Assembly: GCA_050014075.1 (NCBI GenBank)
Contig: JBEKEA010000007.1
Location: 4,119-68,118 of the forward strand
Reading direction: 5' to 3'
DNA length: 64,000 bases
From: Sedimentisphaerales bacterium
GTDB lineage: Bacteria; Planctomycetota; Phycisphaerae; Sedimentisphaerales; UBA12454
The notes under the pieces were generated by a model, which ran no database searches, was not told where the DNA came from, and saw only the letters and a list, made by a program, of their open reading frames with translations. The translations under genes were made by a program, and so were the position numbers. Positions 49,632-58,465 of the stretch are shown one piece after another. The number at the start of each line of letters is the position of its first letter. The first letter of the stretch is position 1.

Positions 49632-51515
49632 CTAATTTCGATAATCGTTCCAGCCCGAAGGTGTGGCAATATATTTGCTTTGCAGCCCCATATTGCCGGG
49701 CAAAATACCATCGAGCAATCTACTATCGAGATAATAATGCTTTTTATAACCTGTATCGGCTCCGCCTCCGACCATACCTCGGCAGGCCTCGGTAAGAGTC
49801 CCACGTATAATAAGGTTATCATATGTTCCGGGGACAGATTCCCTGTATCCTCCGTACGTAGTGCTCCCGCTTGTTCGAGCAAGATCCTCAGCACCCCATC
49901 CGCCGCCGCCAACAGTTATCGCGGCCTCTACAACCATATTATGGTCCCTCACCGAGACTGGCGTAAACATACGTCTACAGTTTGAAGTCTGTGACTTGCC
50001 GGCATCAGGCTGACCGATAGGTACATACTGAAACGTATTTGTCCCTACTGTTATAATAGGGTTATTGGACGCCGGGCCAGGGTAGCCCCCACTTGATGGA
50101 CGTTGACTCAAACACGGGTCAACAACTTTGACGACACCCTGCGCAATCAGTCCAAGTATATTAGGATTATCCTGAGTTGGTACGCCGTTTGCATCTGTCG
50201 TATGTGCACCATCCACTGTTATGGGATTAGTAATCCATATATTTCCTCCTGTTCCATCATCTTCTCTGGCCGCCACAACAGTAATTTTACCCTTCACCAC
50301 GTTCCGCGTACCGACCAAATTCGCGTCGCTGCTTCCTATGATAACATTACCCTTGACATAAATCTGTCCGCCGGGCTGAGCTGACACCCCTCCAAACGAT
50401 TGAGTAACATAAGTATCGCTAACCGGCTTAATAATCCTCTCGCCAGTGGTGTCGGCATTCTGGTTCCTATAATGATAACCATAAATATAGTATCTCTGAA
50501 ATGTTGCCCCGCTGCTGCCAGGCGTTATCCTGAAATCATTTGTTTTGCTGTCGCTGTTTTGTTCAAAGCCCCAAACCGTACAATTATTGGTGATGCGCAC
50601 CTTACCGACGTTGTTGGAATCCACAAAAAACTCAAGCTGAACCGCAGGCACACGATTGGCGACTGGAGGAGTTGTCCCCCCCGTCATAGCGGCCGGTGTA
50701 AACTGATAAGCGGTTAGTGTGCTGCTTTGGAAACGGTTAATCTTGCTTTGCACGGTAGCTTCATCCGTCACTCTGGAGTCGGGCTGGTTGAAATAAATCC
50801 CCCCCTTAAAAAGGCTCATTATACTACTATATTTATCTGAGCCGCCTGAAGTATATCTGTTTTCACCCATGGCCACAGGCCGCGTAAACGTTGGACTGCC
50901 CGATATATAAATATCCATTATATCAGGACTATCATTAAGCTTATTAATATGCAGCGGCATATCAATAGTTTCCCCGTCAACATAGTATACAGCAGCTGTC
51001 GTCGAAGAACTACTTGGAATCCTGCATTTTCCCATATCCCAGCCGCTTATTGCCTGTATTACCTTCGCATCAATCGTCCTGTCAAACGCACCGCTATGGC
51101 CGTTCGACACAACCCTGTAAACAGGCTGGGCATTAACAAACGTATAAAACTGTACGCTGTAATCACAATTGCTGCCCAGAAATGTCAAGTTGCCCGTTGA
51201 GCCGGCTGTTCCAAGCGAGTCGAGCAAACTCCCCTGCTGGCCCATCCAAAAAAGCACCTGTTCATAGCCGGCCTCGGCAGCCAGCATCGACGCCATTTCA
51301 TTTTTCTGCTGAATCGCCTGACGTCTTACTCCATAGGAAATCGTTAACACGCCTATTCCAAGGATAGACAAAATCATCAGGACCATAACGGCCAGGACAA
51401 GCACCGACCCGCTGCGACACGATTCTGCAGCGATACCTGCCCTGATTGTAATTCGTCGCACCACGGCGAATCCGTATCTTTTTTCGTCATATTGTTTTCG
51501 TCTGTTTTTCATCAT
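49632..51515 (-). CDS. Large GspK/PilX-like minor pseudopilin-type protein (627 aa)
   Basis: The N-terminal SGSVLVLAVMVLMILSILGIGVL hydrophobic helix followed by MLAAEAGYEQ resembles GspK/PilX N-terminal domains. The rest is rich in Gly/Thr/Asn/Val, as in a beta structure. Confidence 0.55.
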   Translation of the reverse strand: MMKNRRKQYDEKRYGFAVVRRITIRAGIAAESCRSGSVLVLAVMVLMILSILGIGVLTISYGVRRQAIQQKNEMASMLAAEAGYEQVLFWMGQQGSLLDSLGTAGSTGNLTFLGSNCDYSVQFYTFVNAQPVYRVVSNGHSGAFDRTIDAKVIQAISGWDMGKCRIPSSSSTTAAVYYVDGETIDMPLHINKLNDSPDIMDIYISGSPTFTRPVAMGENRYTSGGSDKYSSIMSLFKGGIYFNQPDSRVTDEATVQSKINRFQSSTLTAYQFTPAAMTGGTTPPVANRVPAVQLEFFVDSNNVGKVRITNNCTVWGFEQNSDSKTNDFRITPGSSGATFQRYYIYGYHYRNQNADTTGERIIKPVSDTYVTQSFGGVSAQPGGQIYVKGNVIIGSSDANLVGTRNVVKGKITVVAAREDDGTGGNIWITNPITVDGAHTTDANGVPTQDNPNILGLIAQGVVKVVDPCLSQRPSSGGYPGPASNNPIITVGTNTFQYVPIGQPDAGKSQTSNCRRMFTPVSVRDHNMVVEAAITVGGGGWGAEDLARTSGSTTYGGYRESVPGTYDNLIIRGTLTEACRGMVGGGADTGYKKHYYLDSRLLDGILPGNMGLQSKYIATPSGWNDYRN

Positions 51516-51549
51516 TTTACACCTGCCTTCGGCAATAATTTAGTATTGC

Positions 51550-52242
51550 CTATCGAGGCCACATATTTCGCATCAGCACAGATGTCATCACTTTAAGCTT
51601 ATCGCCGCTACTGGGGTCTGTCAGAATGGCATTCATCCTGACACATCCATAGCCCTGACCGCTTACGGTTGTATGACTGAAAATTTTTATGTTTGGGTCG
51701 GCTGTTACATTGTTTGCGAGAACTAACGTATTTATACCCGCGGTATTTCTGGTACCCCCGCCGGTTGGTATCGCTCCAACATTGGTTACCCAATTATAAG
51801 GTCCGTAATCAACTTTTATCTGACCGCTGCTAAGATAAAACAAGGCGTATGCCGTTGCTGTCTTCGTAACATCCATCAACTGATGCGAATCTGTTGAATC
51901 GAGTGGAACATCCCAGTATCTAAATTCCACTGCATCGCCTGAAACTACAGTATCCACATTTGGCGTAGCCGACACTACAGGGGTAAAGGTAGTTCCTGCT
52001 ATTCCATAAATTACATAATTATTGCGGTTAGCCATCCTTCCCATTTTTCCGAATGCCGTCGCTAACATCAAAGAATCTTCCTGAATTTGGCTGTGAGCTT
52101 TGTTATAAGTCTGCTGCCAGGCTTGGGTCTGGCTGACGATAAGTGCACCTACCACCAATACGAGCATTAATGAAATAGACATTGCAACCACCAGCTCAAG
52201 CAGAGTAAGCCCAGAATAAAATTTCCTGTTATTATGCTTCAT
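51550..52242 (-). CDS. Prepilin-type N-terminal cleavage/methylation domain protein (minor pseudopilin)
   Basis: N-terminus KFYSG-LTLLELVVAMSISLMLVLVVGALIV. Confidence 0.75.
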   Translation of the reverse strand: MKHNNRKFYSGLTLLELVVAMSISLMLVLVVGALIVSQTQAWQQTYNKAHSQIQEDSLMLATAFGKMGRMANRNNYVIYGIAGTTFTPVVSATPNVDTVVSGDAVEFRYWDVPLDSTDSHQLMDVTKTATAYALFYLSSGQIKVDYGPYNWVTNVGAIPTGGGTRNTAGINTLVLANNVTADPNIKIFSHTTVSGQGYGCVRMNAILTDPSSGDKLKVMTSVLMRNMWPR

Positions 52243-52271
52243 TATTAATCGCCTTTTGATTCTTCGCCATC

Positions 52272-52751
52272 TCAGGTATCAACCCTGATATAAGTAGTCA
52301 AAATAACCGGTGAAGTACACAATGTACCCCCCACAGGCCATCTGACCATTACTGTTAACTGCCTGAGTTTTGCTCCGGTTACAGGGTCGGGAGTAAAATC
52401 GCTCCAGCCTAAAATTATCTGCATCGGCACATTGTTTACAGTGTTAAGATAAATCAAATTATTCAGGGTTGTACCTATGGCCGTGCCCATTGTAAAACCA
52501 GTAGGAACTGTTGCGGAAGTAAAACCAAGGTGTAACGCGGTAGGGTCGTATGTGGTCAAACCTCCGGTGCTCATCCAGTCATCCATAAGCAACTGTGCGG
52601 CGTGTGTGGCAGTGGTTTGGGTGTTAGCTATTTGGCTGTGTTGGACTGCATAATATTGATAGTTCAAAGCGCCTATGGCAACTATAACAATAACAGTCAT
52701 AGCCACCATTACCTCAATCAGGGTAAACGCTTTTGAGATTCTTGAGCACAT
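52272..52751 (-). CDS. Prepilin-type N-terminal domain protein (minor pseudopilin)
   Basis: N-terminus SKA-FTLIEVMVAMTVIVIVAIGAL, with Ala instead of Gly at position -1. Confidence 0.7.
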   Translation of the reverse strand: MCSRISKAFTLIEVMVAMTVIVIVAIGALNYQYYAVQHSQIANTQTTATHAAQLLMDDWMSTGGLTTYDPTALHLGFTSATVPTGFTMGTAIGTTLNNLIYLNTVNNVPMQIILGWSDFTPDPVTGAKLRQLTVMVRWPVGGTLCTSPVILTTYIRVDT

Positions 52752-52769
52752 ACCATTTCAAGCTCCCCA

Positions 52770-52800
52770 TTCAAAAATTAGGGGGGGCATAGCCCCCCCA
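52770..52800 (-). terminator. Strong rho-independent terminator/attenuator after the major pilin gene
   Basis: On the minus strand gggggggc-tat-gccccccc (8-bp G/C stem, plus-strand 52781..52799) is followed by taattttt. Confidence 0.75.
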
Positions 52801-52891
52801 CCTTGCAATTATCGTTATTAACTAATTGCCAAAGACTGCTGCAGCACCTATAGGCCAATCAAGTTATTAACCTTTTCAAACTATACAGATA

Positions 52892-53317
52892 CTACCATGC
52901 CCAGACCGATGCAGCGCCCGCAGCCTGCGTAAGGGTATTTGTGGTGGCGGGAGTAGTCGGATAGCCTGTTCTACCTTTGGAAGCATCAACAGAAATGGTG
53001 AATGCTACCTGACCTGCCGCATTGACCGCAACGCCGCTAACTGTGTAGCAAGCTTGAAGGAAGTACGTACCATCAAGGTCGTTGGCACCAAAACCTAAAT
53101 CGGTTGTCAAAACCGGTGCGGCTACAGCAGCAGTACCTTTTTCGGCTGCATACGCACGGATAGCTGATGCTATTGTGCCGGCTGCTGATTTGCCTTCTGA
53201 CCACTTGGCTGAGTCGATTCTGCCTCTCATTAGAGGAATCGCTACGGCTGCCAAAATGCTGACGATGAGTACAACCACCATCAATTCTACCAATGTGAAA
53301 CCTTTTCTGTTCTTCAT
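52892..53317 (-). CDS. Major (pseudo)pilin, GspG/type IV pilin-like
   Basis: MKNRKG-FTLVELMVVVLIVSILAAVAIP prepilin signal, 141 aa. It is the first pilin after gspF and has its own terminator. Confidence 0.85.
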   Translation of the reverse strand: MKNRKGFTLVELMVVVLIVSILAAVAIPLMRGRIDSAKWSEGKSAAGTIASAIRAYAAEKGTAAVAAPVLTTDLGFGANDLDGTYFLQACYTVSGVAVNAAGQVAFTISVDASKGRTGYPTTPATTNTLTQAAGAASVWAW

Positions 53318-53462
53318 TTTATTTTCTCCTAAAAAAAAAATTTAATATTCTTTTTGATACTCACTTTCAGTATCGGCCACACAATCTTCCAACTAAAGTA
53401 TAAAATACATTTTTAATATAGCCAAAATTCGGTTTAATATTGTTTACGCTGATTATGAGACG

Positions 53463-54674
53463 TTATGACTTTCCCATCGAGAAAATCGGCAGATACAGCG
53501 CAATCACTACTACCAGCACAATCGCTCCAACCGTTACAATCATTACCGGCTCAAGCAAACTCAACAGAGTGGTCACCAGGGATTCCACTTTTCGCTCATA
53601 ATAGTCCGCGGTCCTCTCCAGCATTTGGGGCAGTGAACCGCTTTCCTCGCCAATCTGTACCATCTTGACCAGCATATTCGGGAAGAAACCGGTTGAGACC
53701 ATGCTCAAGGAAATATTTGAACCTTCGACGATGCGCTCCCTCGTCTTTACGATTGCGTTTTTAATAATCTCATTGTTGCTCATTGTGGTAAGAATATTGA
53801 ACACTTCAAGCACCGAAACGCCGGAAGCAAGTAATGTTGACATTGTTCTGCAGAACGTAACGACAAATGTATTGCTGATTACTTTACCTATTAAAGGAAG
53901 CGAAAGAAACGTTTTGCTGAACCAATAATGTCCTTTTTGGGTTCTGGTATAAATAAGAATTATCGAGGTTACTATGGCGACTAATGCGCCTACAATATAA
54001 ACGACATTGTGGCGGATGGCGTTATAAAACCCCATAAACGCCCGTGTAAAAGCAGGAAGCTGTCCGCCGAGCTGGTCAAATATAACTTGGAATCGAGGAA
54101 TAATAAAAGTCATTATAACTACAACCATTAAAATAATAAACACCAACATAAAGACTGGATATGCCAGCGCTCCTTTGACTTTCTTGCCAAGTTTGTCCTT
54201 GCTGCCGAAATACTCCGCCAGTCTCTTTAATGCCTGCGGCAAAGTACCGCCGGTTTCGCCAGCCATTATCATAGCGACCGATAGTTTATTGAAAACTTTC
54301 GGATGTTCTGCAAGGCCGGATGAAAAAGACTCGCCTCCTTCTACTTTTGTTAGAACTTCCTTCATAATCTGCGCAAGTCGCGGATTTTCGATATCTTCGG
54401 CAATAGTGCTCAAAGCCGCGGTAATTGGAACTCCGCTTTCCAGCATTGTCGTCATCTGCCAGCAAATCGACGACAAGTCGCCTGATTTAACTCGTTTTCG
54501 GTATGAAGAGCTCTTGGCCTTTCCTCCTGTTCCTACCGTTATCTCATCTACTGATATAGGAATAGTCCCCTGCTCCCGAAGCCAGTTAAGTAAATCGTAC
54601 GAGGAGGCAGACTGTTTGAGACCTTCCTTACGTTCTCCCGCAGTTGTTCGAACAACATATTTGAAATTTTTCAT
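53463..54674 (-). CDS. GspF/PilC-family platform protein
   Basis: 403 aa, two repeated T2SSF domains and 3 TM helices. It lies downstream of the ATPase. Confidence 0.88.
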   Translation of the reverse strand: MKNFKYVVRTTAGERKEGLKQSASSYDLLNWLREQGTIPISVDEITVGTGGKAKSSSYRKRVKSGDLSSICWQMTTMLESGVPITAALSTIAEDIENPRLAQIMKEVLTKVEGGESFSSGLAEHPKVFNKLSVAMIMAGETGGTLPQALKRLAEYFGSKDKLGKKVKGALAYPVFMLVFIILMVVVIMTFIIPRFQVIFDQLGGQLPAFTRAFMGFYNAIRHNVVYIVGALVAIVTSIILIYTRTQKGHYWFSKTFLSLPLIGKVISNTFVVTFCRTMSTLLASGVSVLEVFNILTTMSNNEIIKNAIVKTRERIVEGSNISLSMVSTGFFPNMLVKMVQIGEESGSLPQMLERTADYYERKVESLVTTLLSLLEPVMIVTVGAIVLVVVIALYLPIFSMGKS

Positions 54675-54896
54675 CTATCGAGCCTGACCGCTTAAGCACA
54701 AATCATTATTTGCCTGCACTTTTGCTTGATGTATCATAATCAACGACAATATCGGCATCCGATAATCTCAGGTTTAGTAGAATCCCATTTTGATGCACGC
54801 GATAAATCCTTTGTTGCCGCGTTTTAAGGCTTCCAGTGATATTTATATCGGAACTTGATATGAAAAGCAGACCGCCGTTTCAGTGCGAATTGGCTC

Positions 54897-56663
54897 TTAT
54901 GTCCTTATATCTTCCGTAAATGTTACGCTCAAAACTTCCTCTGCCGTAGTTAACCCCTGCAGCATTTTACTAACGCCGCTCTCAAGCAATCCGCCATAAC
55001 CCTTTTGCCTGGCTATCGCTCTTATTTGCATTTCAGTGGCACCGGCTATAAGTTTTTCGCGTATTTCATTATTCATAACAAGAAACTCAAACACCGGCAA
55101 CCTGCCTTTATAACCTGTTTCGCCGCAGGCCTTGCAGCCTTTACCGTGATAAAACACTGCATCTTTAGCCTGTTGAGTGTCCAGTTGCAAACGCTTCATA
55201 ACTTCTTTGCTCAGGACAACCGGTTCTTTGCAATGCTCACAAATTTTTCTTACAAGCCGCTGTGCGACTATTAAATTCAGCGACGATGCCAGCAGATAAG
55301 GTTCTATTCCCATATATACCAGCCTGCTTATCGCGCTCGGCGCGTCATTGGTATGGAATGTGGTCAAAACCAAATGTCCCGTCAGGGATGCTTTTATCGC
55401 AATCTCCAGCGTTTCTTTATCTCTGATTTCGCCTATTAAAATTACATCCGGGTCTTGCCTTAAAATCGCTCGCAGGCACGACGCGAAATCAAGTCCGATT
55501 TCCGGCTTCACCTGGACCTGGTTAATGCCTTTAAGACGATATTCGACAGGGTCTTCTACCGTCGTAATATTTTCTGTCGGGTCTATCAGATGATGCAAGG
55601 CCGCGTACAGCGTCGTGCTTTTACCGCTGCCGGTAGGCCCCGTGATAATTATAATGCCGTGCGGCTGTTCGAGTATCATCTTGAATTCCTCAAGCAGTTT
55701 CGGCTCAAAACCGAGCTTTGCAATATCGTGGCTCGTCGATCCAGAATCCAGAATTCGCATTACTATTTTTTCGCCGTATATTGTCGGAATCGACGAAACA
55801 CGAACATCTATATTTCGCCCTACTGTCTTAATCTTGAATCTGCCGTCCTGCGGCAGACGCCGTTCCGCGATATCCATTTCTGACAATATCTTGATTCTTG
55901 TAACAACTGCCGCCTGCATCTTCCTCGCCGGCGGAACCATATCGCGAAGCGCTCCGTCAATTCGCATACGAATTGCCATTGAATATTCCTGTGGTTCGAT
56001 ATGAATATCGCTTGCTCGGCTTTTCACAGCCTGGCTCAGAAGCAAATCCACAAATTGAATAACAGGCGCCTGAGTTGCCGCTTCTTCACTTGGCGCATCC
56101 GCGTCAGAACTGCCCTCTTCCAGAATCGATTCCACTTTCTGGTCGTCTTCGTCGATTTCCGTCTCTACAAGGTCGCGAAGCTGTTGTTCTTCAACATCGC
56201 TGCCGTGATATATCGCCTCTATAGCATGAATTATTTCATCGTGTGTGCTGATTACAGGCTTGATTTTCCGTTTCAGTTTTGGCGCAATTGTATCTAATGC
56301 GATAACATCCAGCGGGTCTGCCATTGCTACAATAATATTGTTGTTTTCTTCGCCGATTGCTACAAGACAGAAACGTTTGGCGACCGATTCCGGCAGCATC
56401 CGAGCGATACTCATATCTATTTTGCTGACTTCATTTAATGGTACGTATTGCAGCGAAAGATATTCCGCTAATAGACGGGTAATCGTGGCGGGATCCGACA
56501 CTTTTGTTCTCTGAAGAACTTCGCCTAATCTGCCTCCGTTTATGCGCTGTTCGTTTAACGCTGAAGACAATGTGTCATGATCGATGAAGCCCTTTGAAAT
56601 CAGCCATTCACCAAAGGGAACTTTGGTTCCCGTTACAGAAATCTTTTCTTTAACAGATGTCAT
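54897..56663 (-). CDS. GspE/PilB-family secretion/pilus extension ATPase with an MshEN/T2SSE_N-type N-terminal domain
   Basis: Walker A GPTGSGKST, Asp/His boxes, tetracysteine CEHC...CKAC. 588 aa. Confidence 0.92.
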   Translation of the reverse strand: MTSVKEKISVTGTKVPFGEWLISKGFIDHDTLSSALNEQRINGGRLGEVLQRTKVSDPATITRLLAEYLSLQYVPLNEVSKIDMSIARMLPESVAKRFCLVAIGEENNNIIVAMADPLDVIALDTIAPKLKRKIKPVISTHDEIIHAIEAIYHGSDVEEQQLRDLVETEIDEDDQKVESILEEGSSDADAPSEEAATQAPVIQFVDLLLSQAVKSRASDIHIEPQEYSMAIRMRIDGALRDMVPPARKMQAAVVTRIKILSEMDIAERRLPQDGRFKIKTVGRNIDVRVSSIPTIYGEKIVMRILDSGSTSHDIAKLGFEPKLLEEFKMILEQPHGIIIITGPTGSGKSTTLYAALHHLIDPTENITTVEDPVEYRLKGINQVQVKPEIGLDFASCLRAILRQDPDVILIGEIRDKETLEIAIKASLTGHLVLTTFHTNDAPSAISRLVYMGIEPYLLASSLNLIVAQRLVRKICEHCKEPVVLSKEVMKRLQLDTQQAKDAVFYHGKGCKACGETGYKGRLPVFEFLVMNNEIREKLIAGATEMQIRAIARQKGYGGLLESGVSKMLQGLTTAEEVLSVTFTEDIRT

Positions 56664-56984
56664 TAAACTAACTTCCTTTTCTTACACTACCGCTTATTAT
56701 GCGACTCTTTTTAAAACCTTAAGCTATAATTACTCTATCGTCCTATTAAAAACATAAGATAAGATACTATCAAAAGCAAAAACTCTGCCGTTGATTTAAA
56801 TTATCCCCCATCGCGGATACGGCTTCCTATAATACCGTGTTATATTCCAGCTCTCGATGTGATTTTATAAGACGTGGCGGCTGTCATTATTAGCAACAAG
56901 AACGCAGTCAATATATAAAGGGGATAATACAGACTTTGAATTGTTCTAACAATTGAAACCATAAAAAGGATTCAAACCTGAAAA

Positions 56985-57057
<73 letters not shown>

Positions 57058-57099
57058 GTTTGATTTAATAATATCAAAACCTCCCCGCTTTTGCAAGTC

Positions 57100-58323
57100 C
57101 TATTCGTTATGCTTTTTCAGCCAGTCTTTGACCCAGTTTTCCGCCTCCTGCCGCACGGTTACTTCTTCGCTAAGTTGCCTGATATAAAGCTCTTTTGATA
57201 CAATCCCCACCTGCGGCCCCGGTTTAACCCCAAGACTGATAAGTTCATGTCCGTTTAGCAGCGGTTTAGGCCTCAATTCCTTGCCGGCAAGCTCTTTTGC
57301 TCTTTTGCGAACCGCCAAAACCGCCCTAACGCTTTCGCCTTTGACCTTTTGAATCGCCTTTTGCAGCAAACACAAATCCTCAAAATACGGCTCTGCCGCA
57401 ATCATCTTTAATTGCGCAAGAGTCAATTCACCGAGTAAATAGTCTCTTTTCACAAGCAAAAATTTTATGTGTTTTAGCTGATTTCTGCTCAGCTTGAGTA
57501 TTTCCAGATTTTCCATCGCCTCGTCCGTCGGACAATCCGCAAAAAGTGCGCTCGCTGCAAGTTCGAAAGTTATTTCCTTCGGCAGAAATCCAAAAATCTT
57601 TTCCGCGAATTTCGCTGCCGATTTATTTTTAAACGCTGCAAAAATCCTCTCCGCAAGGCCCGTTGATAAAAGCAGTTTTACTCCCCTCGCCCGTTTTGCC
57701 GCCGCACTCAGCGATTCCAGCTCCATCGCTATTCTTTCGCCGCTGATTTTCGTAATATTGCCGGAATATTTTTTCACCGCGTTTAAGGTGTTCTTCTCTA
57801 TTTCAAAATCAAGCTGTGCCGCAAAACGCACCGCCCTGAGCATCCGAAGGTAATCCTCGCTGAATCTCTCCTGCGGCCTGCCTATCGTCCTGATGATTTT
57901 CTTTTTTAAATCTTCTCTGCCTCCGACATAATCAATTATCTTTTTCTTCAGCGGGTCGTAAAACATCCCGTTAATTGTAAAATCTCTTCGCTGTGCGTCT
58001 TCTTTCGCGGATGTAAAACTCACCTTATCCGGCCGTCTGCCGTCGCTGTATCCCGCCTCGGCCCTGAAAGTCGCTACTTCGACCTGTTCGCTCTCTATAA
58101 GCACAATTATTACGCCGAACTTTGCGCCGACCTTGATTGTCCGCCTGAAAATTTTGCATATCTCCAGCGGCGTCGCGCTGGTAACAACATCGTAGTCCTT
58201 CGGCTTATTGCCCAGGAGCATATCGCGAACGCATCCGCCCGCCAATAAAGCCTCGAATCCCGCCTTATGCAGATTGCCGATTATCTGTATTGCCGCCTGT
58301 TTGTTTGAAAGCATGTTAGACAT
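57100..58323 (-). CDS. cca: CCA-adding tRNA nucleotidyltransferase (poly(A) polymerase head-domain family)
   Basis: GGCVRDMLLGNKPKDYDV and RRDFTINGMFYD motifs. 407 aa. Confidence 0.85.
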   Translation of the reverse strand: MSNMLSNKQAAIQIIGNLHKAGFEALLAGGCVRDMLLGNKPKDYDVVTSATPLEICKIFRRTIKVGAKFGVIIVLIESEQVEVATFRAEAGYSDGRRPDKVSFTSAKEDAQRRDFTINGMFYDPLKKKIIDYVGGREDLKKKIIRTIGRPQERFSEDYLRMLRAVRFAAQLDFEIEKNTLNAVKKYSGNITKISGERIAMELESLSAAAKRARGVKLLLSTGLAERIFAAFKNKSAAKFAEKIFGFLPKEITFELAASALFADCPTDEAMENLEILKLSRNQLKHIKFLLVKRDYLLGELTLAQLKMIAAEPYFEDLCLLQKAIQKVKGESVRAVLAVRKRAKELAGKELRPKPLLNGHELISLGVKPGPQVGIVSKELYIRQLSEEVTVRQEAENWVKDWLKKHNE

Positions 58324-58465
58324 CTTAACTTCTTATATGCACAATATTTAAACTAAATAATAATATAACTTACGACAAATTGAAAAGAAAAAATTTATTT
58401 AAAATTATAGCATAAATAAGTTATTTTCGTTATAATATAAAATTAGTAACGTTCTATGTAAAAGG

